Assembly: GCA_029717555.1 (NCBI GenBank)
Contig: JAMDHS010000025.1
Span: forward strand, 62,001-126,000
Length of the DNA stretch: 64,000 nucleotides
Source: Peribolospora baueri
Taxonomy: Eukaryota
Reading direction: 5' to 3'
Each line of letters begins with the position of its first letter. The first letter of the stretch is position 1. Positions 24,380-41,443 of the stretch are shown here, in pieces. Under the pieces are notes generated by a model. That model saw nothing but the letters and a program-made list of their open reading frames with translations, searched no databases and was not told the origin of the DNA. The position numbers and the translations under genes are program-made.

Positions 24380-25560
24380 GTCAATGTTCTCACGAACTTG
24401 ACCTGGGCCGCCCTCGTGCACCACTACCACCTTTGCACACGAGCCCAACACCCTCGCCGAAAAGGCCAAGGTCTTCTTCACCCTGGCCCCAATGCCCAGA
24501 ACACCTTCATCAACGATCCAAGAGGTCTTTCTCATCCTGCGGCCTAAACTCTCATACATTCCGTCCGCCGCACGATCTCGGTCGCAAATCTATCTTTGGG
24601 ACAAAGCAAACCGCTCAACGGCGGTACCAACTGGTGGCGCGAACAGGAAAGGCACACAAGCCGCGATCATGGTCCGACCTAATGTTCCTAGGACACGAGG
24701 GATGACGACTACCACTACTCCCCCACCCTCCCCAAAACATCTCCTCCTACTTCCTCTGAATCATCCGCAATGATCCGACCTGTTTCACCCCAACAGGGCT
24801 GCAACGGCTACCCCCTGGTGCTTTGCGCCTTTGGATTTCCCGTTCGAGCTCAACCCACTGGGCAGCTCCTGCGGGAATGGGGAGGGGGAAACACTAGGGA
24901 TGACGACCATCGCTTCTTCAAACCCATCTCTCCGCCCAAATAGATCTCCCATCCTTCTACCCAAGTAGACATCTCCCATCCAAGCCCATCTTCTCACTCA
25001 AGTAGATGCAGACCTCTCCCATCCAAGCCTAGTCCCGACCCAAGTAGCAGATCTGTCCCCCTCCTCCCCAGCCCCGATGATCCGACCTAGTGTTTTCCCC
25101 AGCAGGTCGCAACGGGTACCAAAGTGAGTCGGAAAGCCAGGCCTTGTGCTCTCGAGAATTGAACGAAGACTTACCAGAACGTCGTCGATGTCTTCACAGG
25201 CCGCCCTCGCGCACCATCACTACCGCTTCAGCTAAGTCGCCTGACGCCTATGCCGCACCCGCGCATCACCACCGCTTCAACCGCTTCAATCCGATCGCCC
25301 GTTCTCACACAGGACTTGACCTGGGCCGCCCTCACGCACCACCACCGCTTCAGCCTGCTTGCCTCCGTCGCTCCCGATATCGTTCTCACACACGAGGTCT
25401 TCTTTCCACCAATGCGTTGCCCTGAATACCTTCATTCCCCACCTTGCGGCACACCTTGGCCTCTCATGCCTTCCCTCCCGCCGCACAACCTCGGTCACAA
25501 AACCCACCTATGGAACAAAACAAATCGTTCAGCGGCAGCGGCGGCACTAGCGGGCGGCTT
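24380..25560. repeat. Degenerate dispersed duplication (two ~260-bp related blocks plus sub-repeats)
   Basis: GTTCTCAC..ACTTGACCTGGGCCGCCCTC..GCACCAC at ~24386 and ~25301; CCGCAC.A.CTCGGTC.CAAA at ~24568 and ~25481; TGATCCGACCT at 24771 and 25078. Confidence 0.7.
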
Positions 25561-25702
25561 AGGTACAAGGAAGCGACGCTTTTCCTGAGATTGCCGAGTA
25601 ACGTGGTCCACGCACGTTCTCGCTGCCTTCTCCGCTGTAGAAGGGGTAGAAGGGGAGCGTTGACATTGCAGCCACCTCCATCGTGTCGTTAACCGATCGC
25701 GA

Positions 25703-30563
<4,861 letters not shown>

Positions 30564-30849
30564 CTTCGTCGCTGATCAGCTAGGCAGCTTGGACGGCCGT
30601 CTCGGAGAAGAAGAAGATCGACTTGGGTTGGTGGACGAAGCACATGCCACGCTCCGGGACGGGACCCCGGCTGATCGGTTGATCGGTAGCCGGTGCCGCA
30701 GTCGAAAAGCGGGGGAACCAGAAGACGGACGAGCCGAAAATCCAGTCACGATCGAAGATCCGTGGATACACCACATACACCAGCCGTACCCGTCCTCAAG
30801 CTCGAGAGCCATCTTGGAGAGACGGAAACAAGGAGAGGAACAGTTCAGA

Positions 30850-32208
30850 ATGGCCAGCTACAGTCTTTGCGTGTTGGGTGAGCTCTAGCTCTTTGGACAC
30901 GGACGAGAATGTCTAATTTAACCGCGCCAATTCCTCGCCCTCCGCCCTCGGTCAGGATGCGGCACGATGGGTATCGCCATACTGTCCGGCGTGCTGGACT
31001 CTCAAAAAGAGCTCACCCGCCGGACTTTGCAGTCGCAATCCACCGCAGACGGGACGGACACTCCGGTGTCGGTAGCTTCCTCTGACGAAGACCTGACCGG
31101 GCTCGCCGCCTTGCCGGGTCGCTTCATTGCTTGCGTTAACCGCCCCGAGAGCGGGCGCAAGCTCGCCAAGACGTTCGCTGGCGCGAGCCGCGTGGAGGTA
31201 TTGACGGCGCAGAACGTAAAGGGGGTCAGTGAGAGCGATGTCGTCTTGCTCTGGTGAGCCCCACATGTCTCCTTGCTTGGGGGGATTGTAAAGAAAAGCG
31301 GCCGGAGCCAACGACATTTGGCACTCATGCCCGCCGTCTTTCGACAGCTGCAAGCCGCAAATGTTCCAGTCAATCCTCAGTGAGGATGGCATGAAGTCCG
31401 CCCTCGAAGGCAAGCTTGTCATCAGCATCCTCGCCGGCGTGACCATCTCTCAGATTAAGGCCATCGTCCCCCCTAGCACCGTCGTCGTTCGAGCGATGCC
31501 TAACACTCCTTGCAAGGTGAGACCAGCGAATGCCCTCCCCTTTTCGTCTGCGGCCCGAGCAGGCCGCTGGTAAGGTATCGAAGACTTACAGGTTTGTTCA
31601 ATGATTACCCCTTTAGATCAGAGAAGGCATGACCGTTCTCACTCCTCCGCCGTCCACGACGCCCTCCTTGCCCGCGACTCTGCCGCCTCTACGCTCCCTT
31701 CTCCTCTCCATCTTCTCCTCCATTGGCCGCGCCCGGTTCCTCGACGAAAAACACTTTGACGCCTGTACGGCCCTCGCCGGATCCGGACCCGCCTTCGCCT
31801 GCGTCTTTCTCGAAGCCATGGCTGACGGCGGTGTCATGATGGGCCTTCCTCGCGCGGAGGCACTCGAACTCGCTGCGCAGAGCATGCAGGGCGCTGCGAG
31901 GATGGTCTTGCAGTCTGGAATGCACCCTGCCGCGTTGAAGGACAGCGTGACGAGTGAGTGCAGGAGCCTGTTCATCAGGCTCTGGTGGGCTTCGGTGGTC
32001 GTTAGCTCGCTGGCTCAGGCGCTGAGGAGAAATTCTTACTCGACACGCTCGCTGCCCCCTTCCTTGTCTCTTAGCCCCCGGCGGCTGCACCATCGCTGGC
32101 CTCCTCACGCTAGAGGACGGAAAGGTGCGTTCGACGGTCGCACGGACTATCCAAGCGGCCTCCCAACACGCAGCTGGACTGGGCCAGGTGCAGAGCGCGT
32201 CGAAATGA
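30850..32208 (+). CDS. PRO3: Pyrroline-5-carboxylate reductase
   Basis: LCVLGCGTMGIAIL, CKPQ, ISILAGVT, VRAMPNTP, FDACTALAGSGPAF, LKDSVTTPGGCTIAGLLTLEDG. Confidence 0.95.
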
Positions 32209-32498
32209 TTGTGTGACCGAGGGGCAGTTTCCGACGCGTTTTTCGCTAGGTTTGAAGAGAGTTGTGAATATCGGGCCCCTACTGGCCATGTCACTGCTTA
32301 CTGTTCTCCACCAATAGAGGCGCTTCAGAATGTATGCACGTCGAGATGTCGAAGCGAGACCCTCTCTTGTGCGTCTTGCGTTGAAAATACGCACGGCGCG
32401 CCCTCACGATGGAGTTCCAAGGCCCCGATGATAGTTGTATTTTGGCCAAGAGGGTTCGCAAAATCACCCGCCCGAGCCAATCACGGCGAAAGCGCCAT

Positions 32499-33492
32499 CT
32501 AACAAACAGGACCGACTACTCGTTCCACCATATCTTTGGACATTCGCACCAGCTCGTCTCGATCCCTCTCCTCGCCCTCGCGTCCCGGTGCATCTACGCG
32601 AAGGACCATAGCGTCCTTCCACATCCTTTGGCCGCCGGGCGCTTCGGAAGAACCGCCTTCGATAAGGAAGAGCTCCACCTTGGCGTCCTCCTCACCAGCT
32701 ATGGCCACCACCTCATCCTCTGTCGGCTCCTGGAGCGTGGCCAGCTGAGATTCGAGCATGTTCTCCTTGAAGAAGTGGCCCTTTCGGGCGTGTAGGCGTC
32801 GACGGAGGAGGAGGGGAGAGCAACGAAGGTAGAGGAAGTAGGTCTGCAGGTCGTCCGCAGAAGACGAAGGAACAGCGTCCGCTGAAGATGTCGGCTCAGG
32901 GGACGTCGTGGAAAATTGAGTCCCAGTAAGGGAAATGCCCTCTCCACGTAGGACGTCCCTATATGCCCTCTTGAGCGACGAGCAAGCGATCAAGCACGCT
33001 CTTCTCCGTCCTCTTCCTTTGCTCGCTTCCGTTGATGGCGGCCGTATGTTCTCCGGGTCGGGACCTCCGCCGGACGTGTTCGCTTGTGTCATCTCCAACA
33101 AGCCTACCAGGCTCCTTCCTGTCTCCCTGATCTTCCTCAGCCAAGGCAATCTATCCTCGTCCGTGAGCGGCTCGCCTCTGGACATCTTTTCGACATTGGA
33201 GGGCGGGTGCAGGTCGTCTCCGTCTACGAAGGGGATGTGCAAGAGGTGAGAGAGCGAAAGCGCGAGAGTGCTCTTGCCTGATGCAGAGGTGCCCTAAGGA
33301 AGCGAGTGTGAGAGGCAGGGAGGGTTCATCGGCCGATGAGCAAAGTGGGAAACTGGAGCGCGGACGCCGGCATGGACTCGCTCGGGGACCGGCCCGGTCA
33401 TTCTGACGCACCATGACAATGATCATCGCAGGCCTGGCACTGCCCCTAGCGCTGCCGTTGACGCACCTCTTTTCTCCAAGCTCTTCACCCAT
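32499..33492 (-). CDS. Gluconokinase (GntK/IdnK-type)
   Basis: IIVMGTSASGKST P-loop across one intron, FVDGDDLHPPSNVEKMSRGEPLTDEDRLPWL, IACSSLKRAYRDVLR, RKGHFFKENMLESQLATLQEP. Confidence 0.92.
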
Positions 33493-33837
33493 CGTCGTCG
33501 TCGTCGTTGTCGTCGATGGCGCAGAGGAGAATCAGTGGGAAGTGGGGGGCCTGATCGGATCCAGAAGGGACGATGTTCCTTGAGAAGCCCAAAAGCGGCT
33601 TAGGGACGGGGACGGACCGGTCGGGCGACAAGCGTCCTGCTGCGGCACAGGCCGACCGAGAAGACCGAGGATCCGAGGATTCGCAAGTCGGGGGAAGAGT
33701 CGACGCAAAGAAGAGCAATTCAGGCTGTCTTGTGCGCCTGCTCACTGTCCATCGACTCCACACGCCGACGTAGGACACGTCTAGTTCCTACAGCATTCCT
33801 TTTCCCTTCTCGTCGTTCCTCTGTATCTCCCGTCGCC

Positions 33838-36800
33838 ATGCTGCGTCAGCTCGGTCTTCGAGCTTCTCGGCAGCTTGCCTCTCAGCGCACCGTCCACTTC
33901 GCCCCGGCCCGGACGCTGGCGACCCCGACGGCCCTCCCTCCGAAGGACTGCACCTCCATCACTCCGCCCTACGCTCGCCTGCTCTCCCAGCTCGATGTCG
34001 TGCGTTCCATTCTCAACCGACCTCTCACTCTCGCCGAAAAGATCCTTTATTCCCACCTCTGCAACCCCGAGGAGAGCCTCGCAGGTCCGGCAGCCAAGGG
34101 CGGCGTCAGGGGTCAGGCGTACCTCTTGCTCAACCCGGACAGGGTAGCCATGCAGGACGCCAGCGCTCAAATGGTGGGCTTGTCTTGTCTTTGTCAGCGC
34201 TCAGACCGACGCCTTTTGGAGAGGCTGTCCGCTGTCTGTCAACCGAAGCGATCTTTGTCTAATTCGTCTCTGTCTGGCGATCGTCCGTACAGGCCATCCT
34301 GCAATTCATGACCTGCGGCCTCGAACGCACCGCGGTTCCAACCTCCATTCACTGTGACCACCTGATCCAAGCCTATGAGGGCGCGGAAGCTGACCTCAAG
34401 CGCTCCATCGTGACCAACAAGGAGGTGTTTGACTTTTTGGAGAGTGCAGCGAGAAAGTACGGCATTGCGTTCCACGCTCCAGGAAGTGGCATCATTCACC
34501 AGATTGTGCTGGAGAACTACGCGGCGTGAGTGATCTCCCTCGCCGTTTCTCTTGTCTCGGCTCGTTCCAATTCCACTGACATCTTCTAATATCCTCGCCT
34601 CACTCGCTGCTAAACTTAGACCCGGTATGCTGATGCTCGGTACAGACTCTCACACTCCAAATGCTTCAGGTCTGGGCATGCTCGCCATTGGAGTCGGCGG
34701 CGCGGACGCGTGAGTCGAATAGAGACTGGTGTATGGTCGTCGGACGCCTTCAGCGCTCTCATATCCCCTCATTCTGCTGACCATAATGACGTCGTGCAGA
34801 GTCGACGCCATGACGGCCACGCCTTGGGAACTCAAGGCTCCTCTCGTCCAGCGTATCCACTTGTCCGGTCAACTCTCAGGCTGGGCCTCTCCCAAAGACA
34901 TCATCTTGCACCTCGCCGGTAAGCTCACCGTCCGCGGCGGCACGGGCTCCATTCTTGAATATTCCGGGCCCGGTCTCGAGAGCATTTCTGCTACCGGTTT
35001 GGCCACAATTGCCAACATGGGCGCCGAGGTGGGGGCGACGACAAGCGCCTTTGCCTACACTCCCAAGATGAGAGAGTACCTGGAGGCGACAAGGAGGGCA
35101 CCTGTCGCGCGCGCCGCTGACGAAGCTGCCGTCAAGGGCTTCCTCAAAGCGGACGAAGGAGCTGAGTACGACCAGAACATTGAAATTGTGAGTGTTTGCG
35201 CCATCGCCTTGCTTGAGCAGTTAACTACGGTTGCCGCATGTTCTGTTCGAAAAGCAGTTGACCCAACTCTTCGCATCGAACTTTTACATTCAGAACCTGT
35301 CCGAACTGGAGCCCCACTTGAACGGCCCTTTCACACCGGACCTCGCCACTCCCCTTTCCCAGTTCCGCGCCTTCGCGTCGACCAACTTCCCCAAGACGAC
35401 CGAGATCTCCGCCGCGCTGATCGGTTCTTGCACGAACTCATCGTACCACGACCTCTCTCGCTCCGCTGACATCGCGCGACAGGCAATCCAGAGAGGCTTG
35501 AAGGCAAAGACCAGCTTCATGGTCACGCCAGGGAGTGAGCAGGTGCGCGCGACCGTCGAGAGGGACGGCATTGAGGAAACTTTGACCGACGCCGGTGCTA
35601 CTGTGCTAGCCAACGCTTGTGGGCCATGCATTGGCCAGTGGGATCGACGGGAACTACAAGGAGAAGAGAACGGTGAGTGGACCCCATGGTTCATTGACGA
35701 CGTCGTCTCGTCTTCCGCCGTCGACGATGAACTTGACGCTCACGTCGGACCTTGGCTGGAATGCGAATAAAGTCATTCTCACGTCATTCAACCGCAACTT
35801 CAAGGCGCGGAATGATGGTAACGCTAAAACGATGTGAGTGCTTGGTTTACCGGTCGTCGGTCAGTCGGGAATCCGTGTAAGGGATGGATGGAGCATTGAC
35901 AGATCTGCCGATTGGTCGCAAAATTTTCAGGAACTTCCTCGCCTCTCCCGAGATCGTCACCGCGATGGCCTTCGCAGGTCGCGTCGACTTCAACCCGATG
36001 ACAGACTCCCTGCGTGCGCCAGATGGCACAGAGTTTCGATTCGAGCCTCCCAAGGGCGAGGAGCTCCCTTCTGCCCGAGGCGGCTTCGCCTTGGGCGACA
36101 CTTCCTACATGCCCGAGGCCACGCCGACTCCTCGTCCCGAGACGAAGATCGCCGTGGACTCCAAGAGCGACCGGTTGCGGTTGCTCGAGCCTTTCGAGGC
36201 ATGGGACGGCAAGGAGCCCACGGACCTGCCCATTCTCATCAAGGTTAAGGGCAAGTGCACCACAGATCACATCTCCGCCGCCGGACCTTGGCTAGCCTAC
36301 AAAGGCCACCTCCCCAACATTTCTCAAAATACGCTTATTGGAGCCACCAACGCGGCTAACAGCAAGGTCAACGAGGTGCAAAACGTCTTCACTGGAGAGT
36401 CGGGCTCAGTGCCGTCCGTGGCAGAGTACTACCGAGACCAGGCAAAGACCAAGTGGATCGTTATTGGCGACGACAAGTGAGTGGCTTTTATTCCTAGCCG
36501 TTGTCATACGTCGTGTTCGTTTCGCCGCCCAACAACCTCGCATCATAATACTGGAATAATCCTTCCCGTTGTCCTCTTTGCCTTCCTCCCTTGCAGCTAC
36601 GGTGAAGGCAGCGCTAGGGAACACGCAGCCCTTCAACCAAGATACCTCGGGTGTGAGTCATGGAATTTCCACTGGCGGGCATTTTCGCGCCGGCCCTTCA
36701 CGTTTGCTCACTCTCACCATGCTTGTCTTGAACTCGTTTCCATTTTTGTCATGGATTGTCCGTCGTCCAGTCGTTTGAATGGCCTTCTCTCCACTCGTCT

Positions 36801-37837
36801 CTGATAGGTCAGGCAACCTCGCGGGCTAACTAACCGTTTTCTTTCGAACATTCTTGCCGCCCTCCAGCGGTTTCGCGATCGTTGTGAAGTCGTTTGCCCG
36901 CATCCACGAGGTAAGGGTACCTACCTATTGCACAATATAGATGCTAGATCGAATGTTGAGTCTTGCTATTGCGCCCGATGTCACCACAGACTAATCTCAA
37001 GAAACAGGCGAGTTCTAGGCGATCCCCGCCCTTAGCATGGCGAGGACTCGCTTTTTTCGGAAGAAGTTTTGAAGCTGAACGGTCTGATCTCTTTCGGTTT
37101 GACATAATTTCAGGGCGTGCTCCCGTTGAGCTTTTCGAATCCTTCGGATTACGAACGGGTGGGTTCCGATGACAGCCAAGACGCAGAGACGGATCTGGCT
37201 CGGGCCCATCGGGAACGAGTCGCGTTTCATGTTTGGTCCCCTTTTCCGATCTTGACCCACCCCTTCTCCCTTCGTCTGACTGGATGGTCGTGCCTTACCA
37301 ATGCCAACAGGTTCAGCCCGAAGATAGGGTCTCGCTCAAAGGGATCAAGGAGCTCGCGCCCGGAAGCAAGGTTACCATGGTCGCCAAGCACAAGGACGGT
37401 GAGTTATCGACCTTTGCCAGTGCGAGATTTGCGTCACGCGTTTTCTTGTGCCTGGTTCGTTCCGTGGGTGATATGGAGACCCAGGAGCCCCAAATACCAT
37501 GCTGAATCTGCGTTCCTCCTATCCCCGCACATACTTTTCTCTGCTTCCTCTTTCTACTCCACCACACCCGTCTCTAGGCTCGGTTGACGAGATCCCGCTC
37601 TCGCACACCATGACTTCTGGCCAACGTGCGTTCCGCCTCTTTTTCGTCTCTTCCCTCTCGTCCGCAGATGTTGCGTCGTTGTTGAATCGAAGCTGACTTG
37701 CGATCACTCCTCCGGGTTCGGCGCCCCTGCCCCCTTCCCTCGCATCCTGCTTTCTGCTCTTCTCCTGCGATGCAGTCGAATGGTTCCGCGCAGGCTCAGC
37801 GCTCAACGCCATGGGTGTGAAGGCCAAGTCCGCTTAA
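33838..37837 (+). CDS. ACO2: Mitochondrial aconitase-family enzyme, Aco2/AcoB type (putative homocitrate dehydratase), about 13 introns
   Basis: Mitochondrial-type presequence, [73 protein letters not shown] (Aco2-like rather than Aco1 QDATAQ/YRGHL), SFARIHETNLKKQG. Confidence 0.9.
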
Positions 37838-38250
37838 TAACACGAGATAGGCATCTCTTTCTGGGGCCACGCTCCCCGGTTTCCTTGACATGGTGTTACG
37901 TTGGAAGGACGACGGATGGTGGGCAGTAGCGAAAGGTGGAGGGAAGCGGCGACCTACGAGTGCCTACGTGCGGAACAAGGGAAGAACTTAGATTTCGTTT
38001 TGTTCTGACGAAAAGAACCCCATGACCTCGTTCATGGACTCTGGAGCAGGTGGGAAGGTGAGGTTCAATGTACCGCTAGAAGTTTGTTTGCTAATTTACA
38101 TGCAACGTTGTCATCGACGACTCGCTCAGACGGCGGAGCCATCTTCCATTTGTCCATTCATATGAACGGTAGAAAACACAGCCGTCGTCATGCATGGACT
38201 TCCCCTCCCCCCCTCGCGCGCCCACGCGAAGCAGGCCGGCGGATTGGGCT

Positions 38251-39100
38251 TCACTCGCCCTTATCCTTCTTGTTGGCGTGGACGTTGGTGAACGGAAAGT
38301 TGGACATGTTCTTGCCCTGCGCCTTGCGCTGGCGCTGCGTCTTGTCTGAGGCGAAGAGGAGGACCCAAAAGCCCCAAAAGGCCAAGGCTCCGTTGAGGAG
38401 CGCGAAGAACTTGGCGAAACCGCCGAGGTCGAGCTGGGCGCTGGTGCCGACTTGGAACCGAGAGAGCGCAGCGGAGAGGGCAAAGTAGATTGTCGTCAAC
38501 GCCACGGTGGGCAGGCGGTAAGGGGCTGAGGAGGAGGAGGCCGCCATAGGAGAGGTGGATACGGGGATGGCGCCCGACTGGGTGAGGTGAAGAGTATATG
38601 GGGTCAGATCTTGTACGGCGGAGCGTGCGGTGGAAATCATATGGGCGACGTCCGACTAGAAGAACATCGGCCCTGGTCGACTTGGTACACTCACGAGCAT
38701 AAGCACCATAGAAGCGACGGCCAGCTGACTAACGGCATTCTGGTAGCTCAGGAAGTGCTCCAGCGGCGTGAGGTTGTGGCCGAGGGGGGAGACGGGCGAG
38801 TTGTCCTGGGCGCTATTGCCGTTACCGGTCGTCGATTGGACACCTGCTCCGTGCGGGGTGGAGAGGAGGAGCAGGAGGCGAGGAGAGACGAGTTGCGGAA
38901 GGGCGAGGAGGGCGAGGTAGGCGGCCACCGCATAGGCGCTGAAGGCGCGAAGAAGAGGTGCGCATAGTGAGTTTGGGCAACCGGGCGCAAGCGCCGCACG
39001 GGACACGAAAAAGGCACTCACTCTGATGGATTGCGGAGACGGAGCGAGAAGGAAAAAAAAAAAAAGAAGAAGAAGGAAACGGCCGACGACGACGGATGAG
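38251..39100 (-). CDS. Conserved-looking fungal multi-pass membrane protein of unknown function (start uncertain)
   Basis: Hydrophobic segments (AYAVAAYLALLALPQLVSPRLLLLL; PYRLPTVALTTIYFALSA; LAFWGFWVLLF) and a C-terminal SNFPFTN..KK motif; one internal intron. Confidence 0.6.
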
Positions 39101-39316
39101 CCGCATCATACGTATCCTTGACGTCTCAGGGTTCCCCCGGCCGTCTTGTCGCTGAACTCACAGTAGTACGCAGGGTTGCCGGGCTGGCCGAGCTTTTCGA
39201 GGTGGTCGATATCCGCGCCTCGCGGCTTGGCGGTCTCGTTGACGTCGGATGGGTTCTCTTGCTTGGCGGACATGGTCGCTGACGGTGGTGGTGGGTTGAA
39301 TCGGAGGGATGGTAAG

Positions 39317-39406
39317 CAAGATGGCCAGGGTCACCCATCCATCTCAAGATGACCATGGTCGTCATCCATCCATTTCAAGATGGCCAGGGTCGTCCCATCC
39401 ATCTCC
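39317..39406. repeat. Three-copy ~29-31 bp tandem minisatellite
   Basis: CAAGATGGCCAGGGTCACCCATCCATCT / CAAGATGACCATGGTCGTCATCCATCCATTT / CAAGATGGCCAGGGTCGTCCCATCCATCT. Confidence 0.85.
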
Positions 39407-39551
39407 ATGTTCATGACGTCATGTCGATCGCTTTGCAGGGTCACCGTTACCAGCGCACATGCACAGACCACCACTCTGCGCGCCGAGATCGACCCCGAGT
39501 CGGTGCGAGGTGGTCACAATCCGGTAGTTGCTTGACGCCCGGCACCCCGAC

Positions 39552-41443
39552 ATGTCGGTCACCGACGAGCTCCAAGTATCGATTCACACCTCACGCGATA
39601 CCCTCATAGCGTCCTGTCCGTCTTCGACCCCGCTCTGCCCGCCTCGTTCATTCACTGCCTCCGCCGTCGCCTCGTTCCCCGGCTCCCGCTATCGTTCCAC
39701 TTTGCTGCGCGCGCCATCCGCGCTCGATGGCGGATTGGATGGGAAAGAGGCTGCTAACGGAGAGCTTGAAGGAACGCCGGGAAGCCAGCTGGCGGCGGAG
39801 CGACGACAGTCGCGTTGCGACCGGCAAGGCAGGGCTTTAAAGGGCTACGCTTTCGTGCCGCCCACCTGTGTTTGCGGAGCTCCGATGGAGAGGTGGAATT
39901 TGATTTCGATCTCCACCTTCCCGTCAGGGTTGCTAGCGTCTTGAAGGGTTGGCCGGGAAAAGGACGACGGGAGCAATGGGCGAAGGTGGCTGTGGCCTGG
40001 CGGGATGGGAGCAGGGTCTTGGCTTGGCAGGTCAGTTGTATAGCTCTTTGTCACGCTCGAGGAGGGCAAGGGTGAGATGGCGGATACGCAGTTGGCGAAG
40101 TAAAGGAAGCTGTGGAATGTTAAAGAGCCTCACAAACCGCGGTGTGCTCGCTCTCCTCCCACTGCAGTTGGTGTACCATAACACGCCATACGCACTTCAC
40201 CTCGTCGTCCGGGAGCGACGCGATCTGGCCGAGTGGATGGCAGACGTCCCGGACGATCGACCACTGTCCGCGATGACCATTCCAGGCAGCCATGAGGTGT
40301 GTTCACCGCCTTATTTTCTACGTCGCCATGCATCTCAACGACCACTGATCACCGGAGCGAGCCGGGCGGGCTTTGTATGTCTCCGATCCTGCCAGTCCTG
40401 CTCCCTCTACGGCTGGCCCATCTCAAAGTGTCATTCCTTTGCGCTTCTCCCTCAACTGAACACCGGCATCCGTTTCCTACACATCTGACTGTCGGTCAAG
40501 GGTAAAGGCTCGGGCGCCCGTCTGATAACCTGCCACCGCATCTCGAACCAGCGCCTCTCCTTCTCCTCCGTCCTCGACGCTGTCCTCGCCTTCCTCACCT
40601 CGCACCCTTCAGAGACGGTTGTGATGAGCGTCAAGCAGGAGGACAGCAGGCCAGAGTTTGCGTCGCTCGTGCGCACCGCACACATTCTTCCGTACGGTGA
40701 CCGGTGGTTCAGTCACGCGTGTCGACACTGGGCGAGGAGAGGGGGAGGATAGTGCTTTTCTCCCGGTTCGGGCGCCCGGCGGACACCGGGATCGACGTGC
40801 ACCCCACCGTGTGGCCCGACAACGCGCGGACGCCGTTCGGTGTGGGGGTCCAAGGTGGTGACGCAAGATTGGTACAACATTGGGTGTTCTTGAACATCAA
40901 GGAAAAGTGTGCTCCGCACTTTCCTCCCATGCCCGCCTCCCCTTTCCCATCACCGTCACCGTCATCGTCATCGACGACCGACCTGCCCGTTCAACGTCCT
41001 TTTCTGTCCTCTGTCCCCTGGCCGATCCGTGACTTGATCATCTCCACAGGTGGCGAACGACACACGCTCGCGATTAACTATTGCTCCGCCTCCACCTTCC
41101 CTGCCGCGTTGCCGCCGCTCGTCGCCAAGGGTGCCGGGTATAGGTGTTTGAGAGTCGAGGGCATCAACGAGAGGCTCCAGCGGTTAGTCGGCGTGCAACC
41201 GTTCATGGGGGCGGAGCTGCTTGCTCATCCTTTCCTTTGTTTCTTTCTTTCTTTCTTTCATTCCTTGCTTTCTTTCCTCGTCCGCTGCGCCGCAGATTCC
41301 TGATGGAGTCCTGCGTGCCGATGGGCTTGGAAGGCAGGCGAGTCGTGTCGGGCGCGTTCCTGCTCGACTTCTTCGAGCATCCCGACGCGGAGCTCGTGGA
41401 TCTCTTGGTGGAGTGTAATTTTGCTGGCCTAGGAAATGTTTAA
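39552..41443 (+). pseudogene. Bacterial-type phosphatidylinositol-specific phospholipase C (PI-PLC X domain), disrupted
   Basis: WMADVPDDRPLSAMTIPGSHE, QLNTGIRFLHI*L (in-frame TGA 40486-40488), FLTSHPSETVVMSVKQE, frameshift near 40711 before TLGEERGRIVLFSRFG, INYCSAS, LLDFF..LVDLLVECNF. Confidence 0.8.

Noticed and set aside
30850..37837. PRO3-gluconokinase-ACO2 as a metabolic gene cluster
   Set aside because: Unrelated primary pathways; adjacency is explained by gene density.
39317..39406. CRISPR-like array
   Set aside because: Eukaryotic context; units are contiguous with no unique spacers, and no cas genes are present.
39942..39944. A further premature stop in the PI-PLC gene
   Set aside because: The exon phase indicates the coding frame here is the alternative one (..VLAWQ|), so this TGA is probably out of frame. 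The upstream exon structure is ambiguous.
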